Below, one piece after another: positions 11,968 to 25,734 of a stretch of DNA of 64,000 nt. Both the position numbers and the translations under genes were made by a program. Origin of the DNA: Eledone cirrhosa (lineage: Eukaryota); contig OZ024760.1 of NCBI GenBank assembly GCA_964016885.1, forward strand, positions 31,434,001 through 31,498,000. Reading direction: 5' to 3'. Each line of letters starts with the position of its first letter. Positions within the stretch are counted from its first letter, which is position 1. Under the pieces are notes generated by a model, which was given only the letters and a program-made list of their open reading frames with translations, did not search any database and had not been told where the DNA came from.

Positions 11968-12730
11968 TCATCAGCAGCTGTCCAAAGATGTCATCGCGGT
12001 ACTATCTACCTATGAGGCATGATGTAGTGGCCAAAACACTGTACAATTCAATCCGTAGAAAAGATAATAAACATTAAAAGCTACAACAATGTGGAAGACA
12101 TCCACATAATATGAAAGAGTACTGGTGGAATGTTCCAGTAAAAACCCCAATAAAATGCAGGCATAACAGACCAGATATTATGATATGGGACGGAGAAGAA
12201 AACATGCGCAGTAGTGGAAATTAGCTGCCCAGCAGATGGCAGTATAATATCAAAGATTAGTGAAAAGGAGAATATTTATGCAGAACTGATGAGAAATCTG
12301 CAGATACTCCACCCTGATTACACCTTCAGATTTATGCCTGTGATTATTGGGGCACTGGGATATGTTAGTAACTGCCTCAATACAAATCTTGAGAAGCTAG
12401 GCTTCACAGGAACAGAAAGAACACAACTAGTTAGGAAATTACAAGTACAATCCATTAATGGAACAGTAAAAATATGTAAAACATTCCAAAACTTTTGCAT
12501 CTGATAACTGCATATACACATGTACAGATACAAAGCATATACACATGCACACATACAACTCAAAACATCCACATCCACACATACAATAACATCCATATCT
12601 ACACATGCATGCATACATACATATCTACCTAGTTGATGTGTAAATTCCAATGAGAGAGTCTTGTGTCTATGTTAGAAACCGACTCTCTCCCTATTGGGAA
12701 AATATTATAAGATTATAAAACCAGAAGAAC
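11968..12730 (+). mobile_element. 3' fragment of an RLE-type non-LTR retrotransposon (R4/NeSL-like) with (CATA)n tail
   Basis: CPK..RHDVVAK..HNRPDIMIWD..EISCP..EKENIY..PVIIGALG, a restriction-like endonuclease signature. Confidence 0.75.
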
Positions 12731-13124
12731 ATACATATATACATACATACATACATACATACATACATACATACACACACATACATACATACACACATAC
12801 ATACATACACATACATACATACACATACATACATACACACACACACATACATACATACACACATACATATATACACACATACATACATACATTACACATA
12901 CATACATACACATACACACATACATACATACATACATACACACACACACATACATACATACATACACACATACATACATACACACATACATACATACATA
13001 CATACATATATACACACACATACATACACACATACATACATACATACATACATACACACATACATACATACATACATGATGATGGCTACCCCCTCATTAT
13101 CGAGTATGGCCATTGCACGAGAAA

Positions 13125-13166
<42 letters not shown>

Positions 13167-13572
13167 TCATTTCATTTTACGTCTGCTTTTTCCCTGCTTG
13201 CAAGGGTGGGACGGGAACTGATGCTGGCTTGATTTCTACAGCTGGATGCCCTTCCTAACACCAACATCATTTACAGTGAGTGTTGGGTGCTTTTTTGCCG
13301 TAGCACCTCCATGACCACTTTGCAGTGGAATGATATGGACCCCAGTCCCTATCATCTCATTTCTACAGCTGAGTAAACTGGAGCAATGTGAGATAAAGTG
13401 TCTTGCTCAAGGAAACAACACATCCTTGAGCAAGATATATCATCATCATCGTTTAACGTCCATGTTCCACGCTTGCATGGGTTTATATATATATATATAT
13501 ATATTATATATTAATAACAATAACACACGCACACACATAAACATATCTATACACACACACACACGATAGCAA

Positions 13573-14490
13573 TTAACAGCGCTGCGATCGAATGTGGCTT
13601 TTTAGCCCAGCCAATGATCTAAAATGTCTTGCACAGAGTCGGCAACCAAAACATTCACTGGGAATAGCCGGCTGTGGTTGGAGTTCATGTACTTTTGCAT
13701 GTCGTTTGAGCCCTCCTGCTGATTTACATTCTCTACCACATGCTTGGCAAACATGATGAGTAGCATCTCCAACAGCAGCCTGGTAGTCAACCACTGGTCT
13801 TACTTTATGACTGCGAAGATGACTTTTGAGTCCAGCTTTGCTTAGGCAGGGTCTCGCACATACATACATACATACATACACACATGGTGGCTGCCAACTC
13901 GTTTTCGAGTACGGCCACTACTTTATATCCATGTAGGAGAACCCCTACCGATGCACTGAACGAGTGTAACTTTTTAGTCCAGCCAGTGACTTGAAAACTC
14001 TGGTACAAACACTACACTTGTGACAATTATTGACACATAGTGCTGGGCCCATGGTACCATGTGACGACAAGTGCAGAGAGATCTCCAGATATAAAACAAT
14101 GCCTGTGCTGTGAAGCTTTTATAGTGAGCAAAGGCACTGCACAAAGCCAGTCCCACTCTCTTAACCAAGATGATATTTACCAAAAAGAAGAACAAGTCAA
14201 CATCATTGGATACCATCAGGGTTGCAGGTGTTATATCAGAGTTTTCCTTCTCCTAGAATTCTGCCTTGACAAAGGCTAAGGGGTCATCTCTCCTGGTGAT
14301 TTTGGATGGCCATTGACTCTTAAGAGCTCCTTTGCCCTTTGACAGGTTTTGTTTTTAGTCCTGCAGGATGTCCAAAGTCACCGTCCTCACCAAGAAACCT
14401 TGGTGGGGTTGCCAGTTTAGTCGCCAACGAACCGACCATGAGTCAGGTTGTACTGGTATACATGTTACCAGTAGCACCAACTGGTGACCT
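13573..14490 (-). mobile_element. RTE-related fragments with C-terminal C2H2 zinc fingers and an RTE-like 5' UTR
   Basis: CQACGRECKSAGGLKRHAKVH, CRLCARHFRSLAGLKSH and CSVCTRVFKSLAGLKS; CTAGGAGAAGGAAAACTCTGA motif; (ATGT)n tails. Confidence 0.55.
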
Positions 14491-14839
14491 GACATACACA
14501 CATACATACATACATACATATATGTGATGATTGCTTCATCTTGCACAGATGATAGCCATCTCACCATCATCACACACACACACTGTGTATATATATATAT
14601 ATATATATAAATGATATTAATAAATGGAAACTCATCATCATCATCACCTTCGTTTAACGTCCATTTTCCACGCTAGCATGGGTTAGACGGGAGTTGTCCC
14701 ACTTGAGGCAAGGTTGGTCGGGTGACCGTGTCTCGCTCATATATGACTATCTGGCAGGTTTTCTACGGCTGGATGCCCTTCCTAACACCAACCACATTTA
14801 CAGTGTGAAACTATCTATCTATATATATATATCATCATC

Positions 14840-15165
14840 ATCATTTTACGTCCACTTTTCCCTGCTTGCAAGGGTGGGACGGTACTGATTCTGGCTTGAT
14901 TTCTACAGCTGGATGCCCATCCTAACATCAACCTCATTTACAATGAGTGCTGGGTGGTTTTTGCCGTGGCACCTCCACGACCACTTTGCAATGGAATGAT
15001 AGGGACCCCAGTCCCTATCATCTCATTTCTACAGCTGAGTAAACTGGAGCAATGTGAAATAAAGTGCCTTGCTCAAGGAAACAACACATCACCCGGTCTG
15101 AGAATTGAACTCACAACCTTTCGATTGCAAGGCCAATGCTCTAACTACTAAGCCATGTGCCTCCA
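14840..15165 (-). mobile_element. SINE family A copy
   Basis: Reverse complement of 2384-2705. Confidence 0.75.
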
Positions 15166-15312
15166 TTAGCCATGTGCCTCCATTGTAATAATAATAAATA
15201 TAGTAATAATAATAAATTTGAAGACTAAAATCCAAAGAGGGCTCGATAAGGATAAATATATATCAAATATATAAGAACCGTAGAGCAAATATTTATTAAA
15301 ATAACAGATTAA

Positions 15313-15363
15313 AGTTTAAGCAAAGAATCGCTGCTTTCACCCTTAACGGGATCTTCTGAAACT
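15313..15363 (-). ncRNA. Hammerhead-like motif with variant core CAGAAGA
   Basis: AGTTT-CAGAAGA-tCCC gttaa GGGt-GAAA-GCAG cgattct TTGC-TT-AAACT. Confidence 0.6.
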
Positions 15364-17070
15364 AACAAAGTCAATCTGTGAATGCAGAAGTGAATATTTC
15401 AAAAAAACGTTGCAACCGGAGGAAGACAGGAAGACGATACTTTGGTTCGTGGAAACGTTCACTGGCAAAGAACGAGAAAAAACGAATATAATACATCATT
15501 ATTTGGAGCGGTGAAAAACAATTACACGCAAAGACAAAACCACATTTATGGTATAAAAGAAGTTGTAGACTAATATTCTATTAGGTCGTTCATAGAAACG
15601 TTCTCTGGCAATGAACAGAAAAAACGAAGATAATACGTCATATGTGGAGTAGGGAGAACAATTGCACGCAAAGACAAAACGACGTAAATGGTATAACTGA
15701 AGTCGTAGACTAAAATTCTAACTAGGAAACCAAATGATTCTCTGCTTCAGAGTTAAGAATAAAGTAAATAAAATACAGAGGTAAATGAAATTAAATAAAT
15801 ACATACATGCACGCATCTATATACGTACATACACAAGCATACGTGAAAACACACGCCATAGGTATACGCACGTACACAAAAAAAAAACAATAAAAACGCA
15901 CGCACATACAGAACCCACGCAACGCCTGTACCCGCACGCATACGAATGTATACACCAAATACACATAAAAATATATATAAAAAATATATATATATATATA
16001 TGTGTGTCTGTGTGCGCGTATACATATAATTAAATAAATGTATATAAATAAATAAATATGTATATAACAAGCGCACACACATACCTACATGTAAATACAC
16101 TTATGTTCGGAGATGTACGTCAACCAAAACACGAAGTACACATATACACACACCCTACATACATACGAACCCGCATACTCACACAGACGCAAAACTCACG
16201 TATACACATAACCAAAAGCATATGTACCAGAAAAAATAATATATACGCCATAACATATACAATCAAATATACGTACGAGAAAGTATATGTACCTTCACAA
16301 AACATACAGGTAATATATACTTACCTATACAAATAAGTAATGGTATAAACATAACATATACTTAGCTACCACATCAAGACGTAAAATATCCGTGTATAGA
16401 TCGTACTATCCGTTAGGGTATAACGTGGGGCTGTAATACAGGAATGTTTTGTGCAATTTATGTTTACAAGCCGAAATTGCCTCAGATTTTTTGTTTAAGA
16501 TGTGGTCTATGGCGTAGAGTATTTCCAGGGCCTCAGCGCGGCAGAGGTCACATGGTCTTTTATTTCCGTTATACGATCTAGCCCTAGCTAGGATCTCCCA
16601 GTGTAACTTATATTGCGTGTGGTTGTCTTTTAGACTCCATATGACGTCATATTCCTTCTTAAAGGGTAATGAAAAGAATGGGTATGCATGTAAAGACGCT
16701 GCTTGAATCTATTGGCGGTTAACTCTATGTAAGCCCTACGGGACGTGGGTGTTTCAACCTTACATTTGTAGACAATGTTACTAGAGAGGCATTTCCCGGA
16801 TAGGGGGCAGTCAACCCGATTCCTACAATTACAGTTAGTACTAACTACAGGGTTGCACGTGTTCCTACGGCTAGGTAGTTTAGCTAAATTTGAAGCTGTG
16901 ATGTTATGTGCAAGGTTAGGAATCGTAGAGTTAGAAATTTTAATAGTATTTCTATTAAAAATGTTACTATATTTATGTGTAGGGGGAAAATGCTTCATAA
17001 TAAGGGAGAGAAAGATCTTAGCTAATGGTGTGGCCACCTCCGTATTATATGGTGGGTTATACCATATAAT

Positions 17071-17246
17071 TGTTTCTACTTTAGGCACAAGGCCAGCAAT
17101 TACCCAGTGCATTACTGGTACTTTATTTTATCGACCCCGTAAGGATGAAAGGCAAAGTCAACCTCAGCGGGATTTGAACTCAGATCGTAAAGGGAAGTAA
17201 CTATGCTGGAAAGCATGGCGTCCGACCCTCTACCGATACTCGCCCT
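17071..17246 (-). mobile_element. SINE family B with 16-bp TSD, inserted in the PLE
   Basis: TSD GGTTATACCATATAAT at 17055-17070 and 17247-17262. Confidence 0.85.
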
Positions 17247-17588
17247 GGTTATACCATATAATGCGACGGGATCTATTTCTTCTAGGTCTATTCTCGTACT
17301 CTGTATATGCTACCTTATCGACAAATCCACTCCGAGCAAGAGCTTCATTGTAATATGTGGAATGGTCGTTGAAAATATGCTCGTTAGTAGATAGACGGGA
17401 AAGCCTCAAAGAAACGTTTCTTACCAGGTTCTTGGTTATGCTGGCAGGATGGTTAGAATGCTTACTTATGTAATTAAGCGTATCATTCGGCTTTCTAGAC
17501 GGGTAATGCAAGCCATTCGATAAATAAAGTTTCAGAAGATCCCGTTAAGCAGCGATTCTTTGCTTAAACTTTAATCTGTTATTTTAAT

Positions 17589-20186
17589 CATCATCATCAT
17601 CATCATCATCACCGTTTTACGTCCGTTCTTCCACGCTAGCATGGGTTAGACGGGTTGTCCTGTTGTGGGCAGTGTCTGGTCGGCTGACCATGCCTTGCTC
17701 ATACAGGAACTGATTTGGCTTGATTTCTACAGCTGGATGCCCTTCCTAACACCAACCTCATTTACAGTGAGTGCTGGGTGCTTTTTTGTGGCGCCTACAT
17801 GTCCACTTTACAGTGTGGGCTGGGTGCTTTTTTGCCGTGGCACCTCCACGACCACCTTGCGGTGGGGGTGTGGGGCATATTGTCTATATGCTTCAGCTTG
17901 TACCCATGGAAGATCGGGTACTTTGTATTACTGCGTGATGCCAGAGGTCTCGGTCGGGTGTCATTGCCTTTGAGAGGTGCAATTGGGTAAGGTCAGCTTT
18001 TATCAACTCATCCCAGGTCATCTTGGATCTCCCCACTCCGCGGTTTCCAGCGACTTCTAGTGCTCTGCACCTTTTTATGCAGCTGTCATCCTTCATACGC
18101 ATCACATGTCCATACCAGCGCAACCGCCTCTCCTGCACACAGCATTTGATTCCTCTTATGCTCAGTCTCTCTCTCAATTCATTTATGCTTTGTCGTTCAC
18201 GTATATTACTGTTACACATCCATCGGAGCATGCAGGCTTCGTTTCTCTCTAATCTACGTAAGTTTTCCACCTTCAGCGCCCAGGTCTCACTACCATGCAA
18301 CATCGCTGTTCGGATACACACATCATACAGTCTGCCTTTCATTCTGAGGGAGAAGCCTTTTGCAGCTAGCAGTGGTAGTAGTTCCCTAAACTTCTTCCAT
18401 CCCGTTCTTACACTAGTTATTGTACTTTCTGAACACCCACCTCTGCTGCTAATTCGGTCACCTAGGTAGCAGAAGCTGTCTACTGTTTCTACAGAGCCCT
18501 CCCAGAGATTGGTGGTACTTGTTTCCTGTGGCTGTTTGCTGCTTGCTGTCCCAGCACAGCTGCTGCATGTGAAGCCTACATTCTTAATAAAGCTCCCTGA
18601 GATCCCGCTACATCTCTTGTGTACCCATTGTTTACATTTGGGGCAGAGAATGGAGTTCCTACCTACACCTTTCCTACATACTGAGCAAGGCCATTTCCCT
18701 GAGGGGATCTGGGTTCTGTTTTCTAGTCTACTTACAAGGACCTTAGTCTTTGTCATGTTGACTTTGAGACCCTTTCTTTCTAGTCCCTGCTTCCAAGTTT
18801 GGAATTTCTTCTCTAGTTCTACCATAGATTCAGCTATAAGTGCGAGGTCATCAGCATACAGGAGTTCCCATGGGCATCCGGTCTTAAACTCCTCCGTTAT
18901 TGCCTGCAGGACTATGATGAACAGGAGTGGGTTAAGAACATAGCCCTGGTGGACCCCAACCTGTACACTAAATTCCTCGCTATACTCATTGCTAATCCTA
19001 ACTTTGCTGACTGCTCCCCTATACATGGCTTGTACCGCTTTCACAAGCCATTCATCTACTCCTAGTTTTCTAAGAGCCCACCAGATTACAGCACGTGGAA
19101 CTCTGTCAACAAATGCCAAGTAGAGTGGCTTACTTTTAGCTAGGTACTTTTCCAGTAGCTGCCTCACAAGGAAGAGGGCATCAGTGGTGCCTCTTCCTGG
19201 TACAAACCCAAATTGCATCTCGTCTATTTTCACCCGGTCCCTAATCAACTGTGCTATAACTCTTTCTGTTACTTTCATGACCTGGTCCATCAGCTTTATA
19301 CCTCTATAGTTTCCTCTATCTAGTGCATCACTTTTACCTTTGTAGCAGTTGACAATGATGCTACTGCATCAATCTTTTGGTATGACACCTTCTAGTATTA
19401 CCTGGTTAACAATACGTGTGGTTATAGTGTGACCTACAGACCCAGATGCCGTCAGCATCTCGGCAGCTATACCCGATGGACCGGTTGCCTTCCCCATCTT
19501 CATATCTTTGATTGCCTTACTTACTACGTTGCTGCTGACTTGTACTGCTGGCCCCTCTATAGGGTCTACTTGGGGTAGGGTCTCTTCTTCCCATGCATTC
19601 TCCTCATTTATTAATCTATCATAATGACTCTTCCATGCATCTTTCTTCTCAGCACTTGTGAGGGCAAGCTCACCTTTATCATTCCGGATACACTTCTCTC
19701 CAATGACATCACAACTCTCTCTGACACACTGCCTCGCAATCTTGAACACCTCCTGTTTCTGGTCCTCACGTTGCAAAACATGCTTGAATTTTCTATCCTC
19801 TGCTTCCCTCCTAGCTAAGTATACTTGTCGCCTAGCTTCCCTCTTGGTCTCTATGTAATGTACCCTGCTCCCCCCGTTCTTCCATTCTTTCCATGCCTGT
19901 CTCTTGGCCTTAACTGCCTCATCTACCTTATTGTTCCACCACCCAGTCACTCTCCTCCTGCTTGAGGTCTTACTCCAGCCACAGACCTCATCCGTCGCCT
20001 CTAGTAAGTTATTTTTTAGGAACTCCCAGTTCTCTTCTACATTGAATGTCTCTATCTGTTCTTCTTTACTGTCGTAGGCGTTGAGTAAAATATCTTTAAA
20101 TCTGTTACTGGCTGAGGGCTCTTTCAGCTTCCAGTTCTTTCTTCTCCAGGTTGGCCTCTGTTTCCAGGTTCGTCTAGTTCTGACTG
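17589..20186 (-). mobile_element. 5'-truncated RTE-clade LINE with a nonsense mutation
   Basis: [43 protein letters not shown]; (GAT)n tail. Confidence 0.9.
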
Positions 20187-20311
20187 TGATATTTAATAAA
20201 TATATATATATATATATATATGCAGAAGTTATATTTAATTTGTTGGGATTCCAACAAGCTTAAAAGTTTATAACTGATATAAAGCATTCAACAAATTACT
20301 GGAGTAAATAT

Positions 20312-20537
20312 TCAATATATTAATAAATGGAAATTATATTTATAAAACCATAATTATTTTATTATATATATTTCAAGGGCGACCAAGGCAGTCTTGGTTA
20401 TGTCAATATTTATAAAACAAATCTTGTATTTTATCTGATGAAAGCGCACCAAGGATGCCTTGGTTGCCCTTGAAATATATATAATAAAATAATTATGGTT
20501 TTATAAATATAGTTTCCATTTATTAATATATTGAATT
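20312..20537. mobile_element. PLE-type inverted-repeat remnant, related to 37190-38025
   Basis: About 20312-20390 is the reverse complement of about 20456-20537; contains an HHR. Confidence 0.65.
20427..20491 (+). ncRNA. Type I hammerhead ribozyme
   Basis: TATTTTAT-CTGATGA-AAG..ACCAAGG atg CCTTGGT..CTT-GAAA-TATATA-TA-ATAAAATA; 8-bp stem I and palindromic stem III. Confidence 0.75.
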
Positions 20538-21175
20538 ATATATATATATATGTATATATATGTATATGGTGTTAGGAAGGGCATCCAACTGTAGAAAACC
20601 CGCCAGACAGTCCTATGCGAGCAAGACAACCACTCTTGCCTCAAGTGGGAAAACTCCCGTCCAAACCCATGCAAGCGTGGAACATGGACGTTAAACGATG
20701 ATGATGATGATGATATATATATATGTATATACATATATATGTATGTATATATATATATATATTGGAAAATGTGTGTAATCCTTGGTACAGTTAGGTATAT
20801 TAAGACAGGGGGGAAGAAAAAATGGCTTCACTTGTGCTTTCAACAAATTTATTTTCTTCACAAAATCCAAAAAGAATTTTTTTCCGGATTAGAAAAAAAT
20901 TTTTTTTTTTTTTTTGTTTCCCTTAAAAAAAAATTATTTTATAAATTAAGTTGTTGGTTGTTGGTTAGGTCTTAGGAGTTCTTGGTTAACGTAGGAGGTA
21001 TTGTTTCGTTTTTAGAACGACCTTTCATGCTGAGGTGCGCTTGTCAAACTGATGTGTATGTGGTGTATTGTTCTATATATAGGGATTTAACATGTCTGTG
21101 GTGTGGTGGACTTTTTTTTTTTTTTTTTCTAACCAAGAACTCCTAAGACCTAACCAACAACCAACAACCAACAAC

Positions 21176-21235
<60 letters not shown>

Positions 21236-21465
21236 TATGTATATATGTATATATATATACATATATATGTATATACATATATATGTATATATATGTATAT
21301 ACATATATATGTATATATGTATATATATATGTATATACATATATATGTATATACATATATATGTATATATATATATATATGTATATACATATATATATAT
21401 ATATATGTATATGTATATATATATACACACACATATATATATATGTATATGTATATATATATATA

Positions 21466-21512
<47 letters not shown>

Positions 21513-21585
21513 CGAAGGAAATGTGGTAAGGAACCAGATGGACCATAACGCACCAAAGTACTCAATACTTAACGTAGAGTGGGTA

Positions 21586-21702
21586 ATAGGAACGAGTAGG
21601 ACCCCGACGGCTGAGCTCAAGCCGTTTCGACGGCTAATTCTGGACGGTCCAGAATTAGCCGTCGAAATGGCTTGAGCTCAGCCGTCGGGGGTCCTACTCG
21701 TT

Positions 21703-21707
<5 letters not shown>
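21586..21707. repeat. Near-perfect GC-rich palindrome of about 120 bp within (TA)n
   Basis: ATAGGAACGAGTAGGACCCCGACGGCTGAGCTCAAGCC..CTGGAC G GTCCAG..GGTCCTACTCGTTCCTAT. Confidence 0.9.
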
Positions 21708-21744
<37 letters not shown>

Positions 21745-21971
21745 CATACACGACAAAAAGCACCCAGTACACTCTGTAAAGTGGTTGGCGTTAGGAAGGA
21801 CATCCAGCCATAGAAACCAAGCCAGAAACAGTTCTATATGAGCAAGATATGGTCACCTGATCTGACTTGTCTCACAACAGGACAACTCGTTTAACCCATG
21901 TTAGCGTGGAAAAATAGACATTAAATGATGATGGTACATGTGTGTTTATGTGTTGTTTTTTTTATTTCAAG

Positions 21972-22188
21972 TCATATGGTGACACTGCTCCAGAAGATTT
22001 CCTACAGAACCCTCCAACAAAAGATCTCTGCTATCTCGCAGAGCAAGTTGCAAAAGTTTACTACCAGTTGCAAGACTTCGTCAAAATGAAGGATGCTCTA
22101 CTTTATTTCCCAACTTTGGAAGAGAAACTCAATTTTCTGGAGAAGAGACGACTTTTCAAATATGCTGCAGAATTGCTTAGAGATAACG
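21972..22188 (+). CDS. TRANK1: TRANK1-like exon
   Basis: tttcaag|TCA..G|gtgagt, phase 0/1; helical repeat-like sequence SYGDTAPEDFLQNPP..AAELLRDNG. Confidence 0.8.
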
Positions 22189-22243
22189 GTGAGTATGTGT
22201 TAGTGCTTTCTTGTACTCTTGTGTCAAAGAGGCAAGCTAATCT

Positions 22244-22565
22244 ATAATCAAGCAAGATCTTTTGTTCTTGTCAAAAACTACCAGGTCAAGCTTATTGTGT
22301 TTGAATCCTGAAATCCCACAACATCTTCACCCAGTCGTTTTCTATCACTGACTCTGGCTTATGCTCATACCACTTCTCAGGATGAGGTAACTTGTTCAGT
22401 TTGCCTAAATGCCAGTGAATCACCTTTCCTATGATATCTTGCTTCCAACCTTTATAGTGAATCTGGGCTAGGTGTTTACACTTGGATACGATGTGATCCA
22501 CAGTTTCCCCTCTCTCTTTACAGATCTTACAGAGCGGACTAGCCTCCTCCTTGTCAATATATTGT
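22244..22565 (-). mobile_element. R4/Dong-like LINE fragment
   Basis: CCHC knuckle, WYEHKPESVIEND, LWDFRIQT; paralogous to 22804-25265. Confidence 0.75.
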
Positions 22566-22574
22566 TAATATTAT

Positions 22575-22785
22575 TATTGGTAGTATCGGTAAAGCGTCGG
22601 ACATATTTTGTGGCATATAGTTACTTCCCTTTACATTTAGATTCCAAATCCTGCCGAGGTTAGCTTTGCCATTCATCCTTACGGGGTTGATAAAAGAAAG
22701 TACCAGTAATGTACTGGAGTTGATTTAATCGACTTTCCCCTCTCACAAAATTGATGGCCTTGTGCCTATATAAGAAACCATTATA
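22575..22785 (+). mobile_element. SINE family B copy with (ATT)n tail
   Basis: Similar to 23683-23866. Confidence 0.7.
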
Positions 22786-22803
22786 ATTATTATTATTATT
22801 ATT

Positions 22804-25265
22804 GTTCTTTGAGTTTCAGTCATTGATGTTATTTAACTGGAAAGTTTGGTGAAATGAATATCAAGCTGCTACCTGCAGCCTCAGATATTCAGGACGTATC
22901 GGAGGGTTCTTGCTGTTCCCAGCAAGCATGCTTTTTGAAGTGTTCCAAAAAGCGGGGCGGGACCAATTTTCTTTAACCCTCCTTGGAAACTCTTTGAGAT
23001 AGTACCTAGTGCACCTATGACAATCGGGACCACTTTGACTTCATGGCAGTTCCAAATCCTTTTTAACTCCCACTTTAAGTCCTGGTATCGGTTAATTTTC
23101 TCCCTCTCCTTCTCTTGCACTCTCGTGTCAAATGGCCAGGCTACATCTACAATCAGGCACAATCTTTTTTCCTTGTCCAAAACCACCAGGTCAGGTCTAT
23201 TGTGTTCCAGTTTCTTGTCCATCTGTATCCTAAAATCCCACAGCACCTTCACCTGATCGTTTTCTATCACCGACTCTGGCTTATGCTCATACCACTTCTC
23301 AGAATGTGGTAAATTGTTTACTTTGCATAGGTGCCAGTGGATCACCCTGTCTATCATATCAGATGTCTCCAGCCTTTATAGTGAGTCTGGGCTAGGTGTT
23401 TACACTCGGATACAACGTGAGCCACAGTCTCCTCTTTCTCTCCACAGATCCTACACAGTGGGCTAGCCTCCTCCTTGTAAATATGGTGTTTCAGCCACTT
23501 CATTTTGAGAGCCTGCTCTTGCGCAGCCATTAGCATTCCTTCTGTAGCCTTTTTAAGGTCTTCTCTTTTCAACCAGTTCCATGTCTGTGGATCTCTGAAT
23601 TCAGTTTTCTCAAAGAAGGTACTATGAAGGGATTTTTCATGAAGGTTGCTCTTTCTCCTTGTTGTTATTTCCTCCTTGGACAGAGGATTGGCAGTATCAG
23701 TAGAGGGTCGGACGCCATGCTTTGACGCATAGAGTTACGGTCCTTGCCATTCTGAGTTCAAATCCCGCCGAGGTTAACTTTGCCTTTCATCCTTTCGGGG
23801 TCGATAAAATAAAGTACCAGTAATACACTGGGTTAATTTCTGGCCTTGTGCCAAAAAGTAGAAACAGTTATTTCCTCCTTGGACATCCCCTGGTCTATTG
23901 TCTTCTCCTTCAGTACAATTTTGCTCCCTACTATCAGTCACGTATTTGTGCAGGTTGTTTTTCTCCATCTGAACACAATTCTCCATGCTGATAAGACATC
24001 TTCCACCTTCAGATCTATTTAAGTAGAGTCTATCGACATCACTCCTCTTGTGGAACATGTTGTAGATAGTCAATAGCTTTCTAGTCTTCCTATCTATTTC
24101 TTTTTGTTCAGCAACCATTCCATTTCAGAATTCCCGCACTCTACCTAATAATAGGCACAGCTCGGGAATTTACTGCACTTATGGCATTCCTACTGTTCAG
24201 ATGTGATTTTAATACGCTCCTTACTCTCCGAATGTATTCAGATCTTATCAATTCCTTCATTTTTTTGTTCTTGATGTCATCAGCCTCTGGAACACCTAAA
24301 TATTTGTATCCTTCTTCAGTGTCAATTTCCTTTATCATCTCACCTGTTGGTACCTGGATTCCGTTGCTTCTGCTCAATTTACCCCTCTTCATCACAAGGA
24401 CTCCACACTTACTAATACCAAACTGCATACATATATCATTGCTGAAAATACGGACAGTGTCAACAAGCACATCCAACTCCTCACTCTTCCCGAAGAACTT
24501 AAGATCGTCCATGAAGAGGAGGTGATTGATGGTAAGCTCTCCCTTTCCCAACTTGTATCCTGCTCTCACTTTTCGCAGTATAATGGTCAGGAGCATCAGG
24601 GCAAGGACAAACAACAGAGGGGACAGACTATCTCCCTGGAATACCTCTCTTGATCTTCACGCCTCCCAAGGATTCTCCAGCCGATGTTAACTCTGTTTTC
24701 CAGGACTTCATACTTTTGCTCAACAACTGTCTGATGTTATCTGCCACCTTGAAGATCTCTAGGCTTTTGGTGATCCAAGAATGAGGCACCATGTCAAATG
24801 CCTTTTTGTAATCTATCCATCCCATGGCAAGACCAGTGTGCCTCCTCTTGCAATTCCTCATTACCATCTTATCAATAAGTAACTGGTCCTTTGTACCACG
24901 GGACTTCTTTCAGCATCCTGTCTGTTCGTCCGTTTACAAATTGTTTATGTGGAGGTGATGGTAGATTTCCTCAGACACAATGCTTGTTAACAGTTTCCAC
25001 ATTACGGACAGACATGTGATAGGTCTATAGTTGGTAACATCATTACCCTTGATTCGGTCTTTCATTACCAGAACTGTGGTACCTTTTGTCAACCACTCTG
25101 GTACCTCACCTGACATCAAGCAGTCATTGAACATGGTTGTCAGTTTCGGGTGGAGGGATGTTATATTTTTAATCCAATACCCCTGCACACCATCTGGGCC
25201 TGGTGATTTCCAGTTGGTTAGTTTTTTGGCCTGCCCCTTAAGAGTTTCAACTGTGATACTCAAAT
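22804..25265 (-). mobile_element. R4/Dong-clade RLE LINE, frameshifted, flanked by (TAA)n
   Basis: [69 protein letters not shown]; TTA repeats at both ends. Confidence 0.9.
23683..23866 (+). mobile_element. SINE family B with 19-bp TSD, inserted in the Dong-like LINE
   Basis: TSD GTTATTTCCTCCTTGGACA at 23664-23682 and 23867-23885. Confidence 0.85.
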
Positions 25266-25734
25266 CATTATTATTATTATTATTATTATGATTATTATTG
25301 GCAACCTACGTAGGAAATCATATTATCGTGAGCTCAGCAAAGGTTTGTTGTTTTCATTTGTTTCAAATTGCCATTTATGGAAAAATTTTGTTGTTAAGTG
25401 TTTATAAGTTCACATATATTGCTTTCTGAAAAGGACACTCAATAATATTGGGGCCTTGGGCCCAAAATTTTAACTTTTATTTATCAAACAAAATATTTCT
25501 TTGAAAAAAAACATGGACGACAAATCTCCTGTTTTTAACAGACAAACATTCCCCACCACCACCACCATTGTAAAGCCTACCACGGTTGCCAACACTTAAA
25601 ATATAATTAATAGCAGACTCAATTATTTAAATTTGCTGCATGCAGACATGGATTTCCCGCCATTACCAATAACTGCAGGTGTTAAAGCCGCCACCCCCAC
25701 CACCACAATGTCAAAAACAACAACCAACACCACT

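Larger units (their letters stand above)
15200..17588 (-). mobile_element. Penelope-like element, 5'-truncated: RT thumb, GIY-YIG endonuclease, pLTR and short inverted terminal copy
   Basis: YISKHSNHP..IIWYNPPY..CNCRNRVDCPLSGKCLSSNIVYKC..YIELTANRFKQR. 17529-17588 is an inverted copy of about 15296-15363. Confidence 0.85.
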
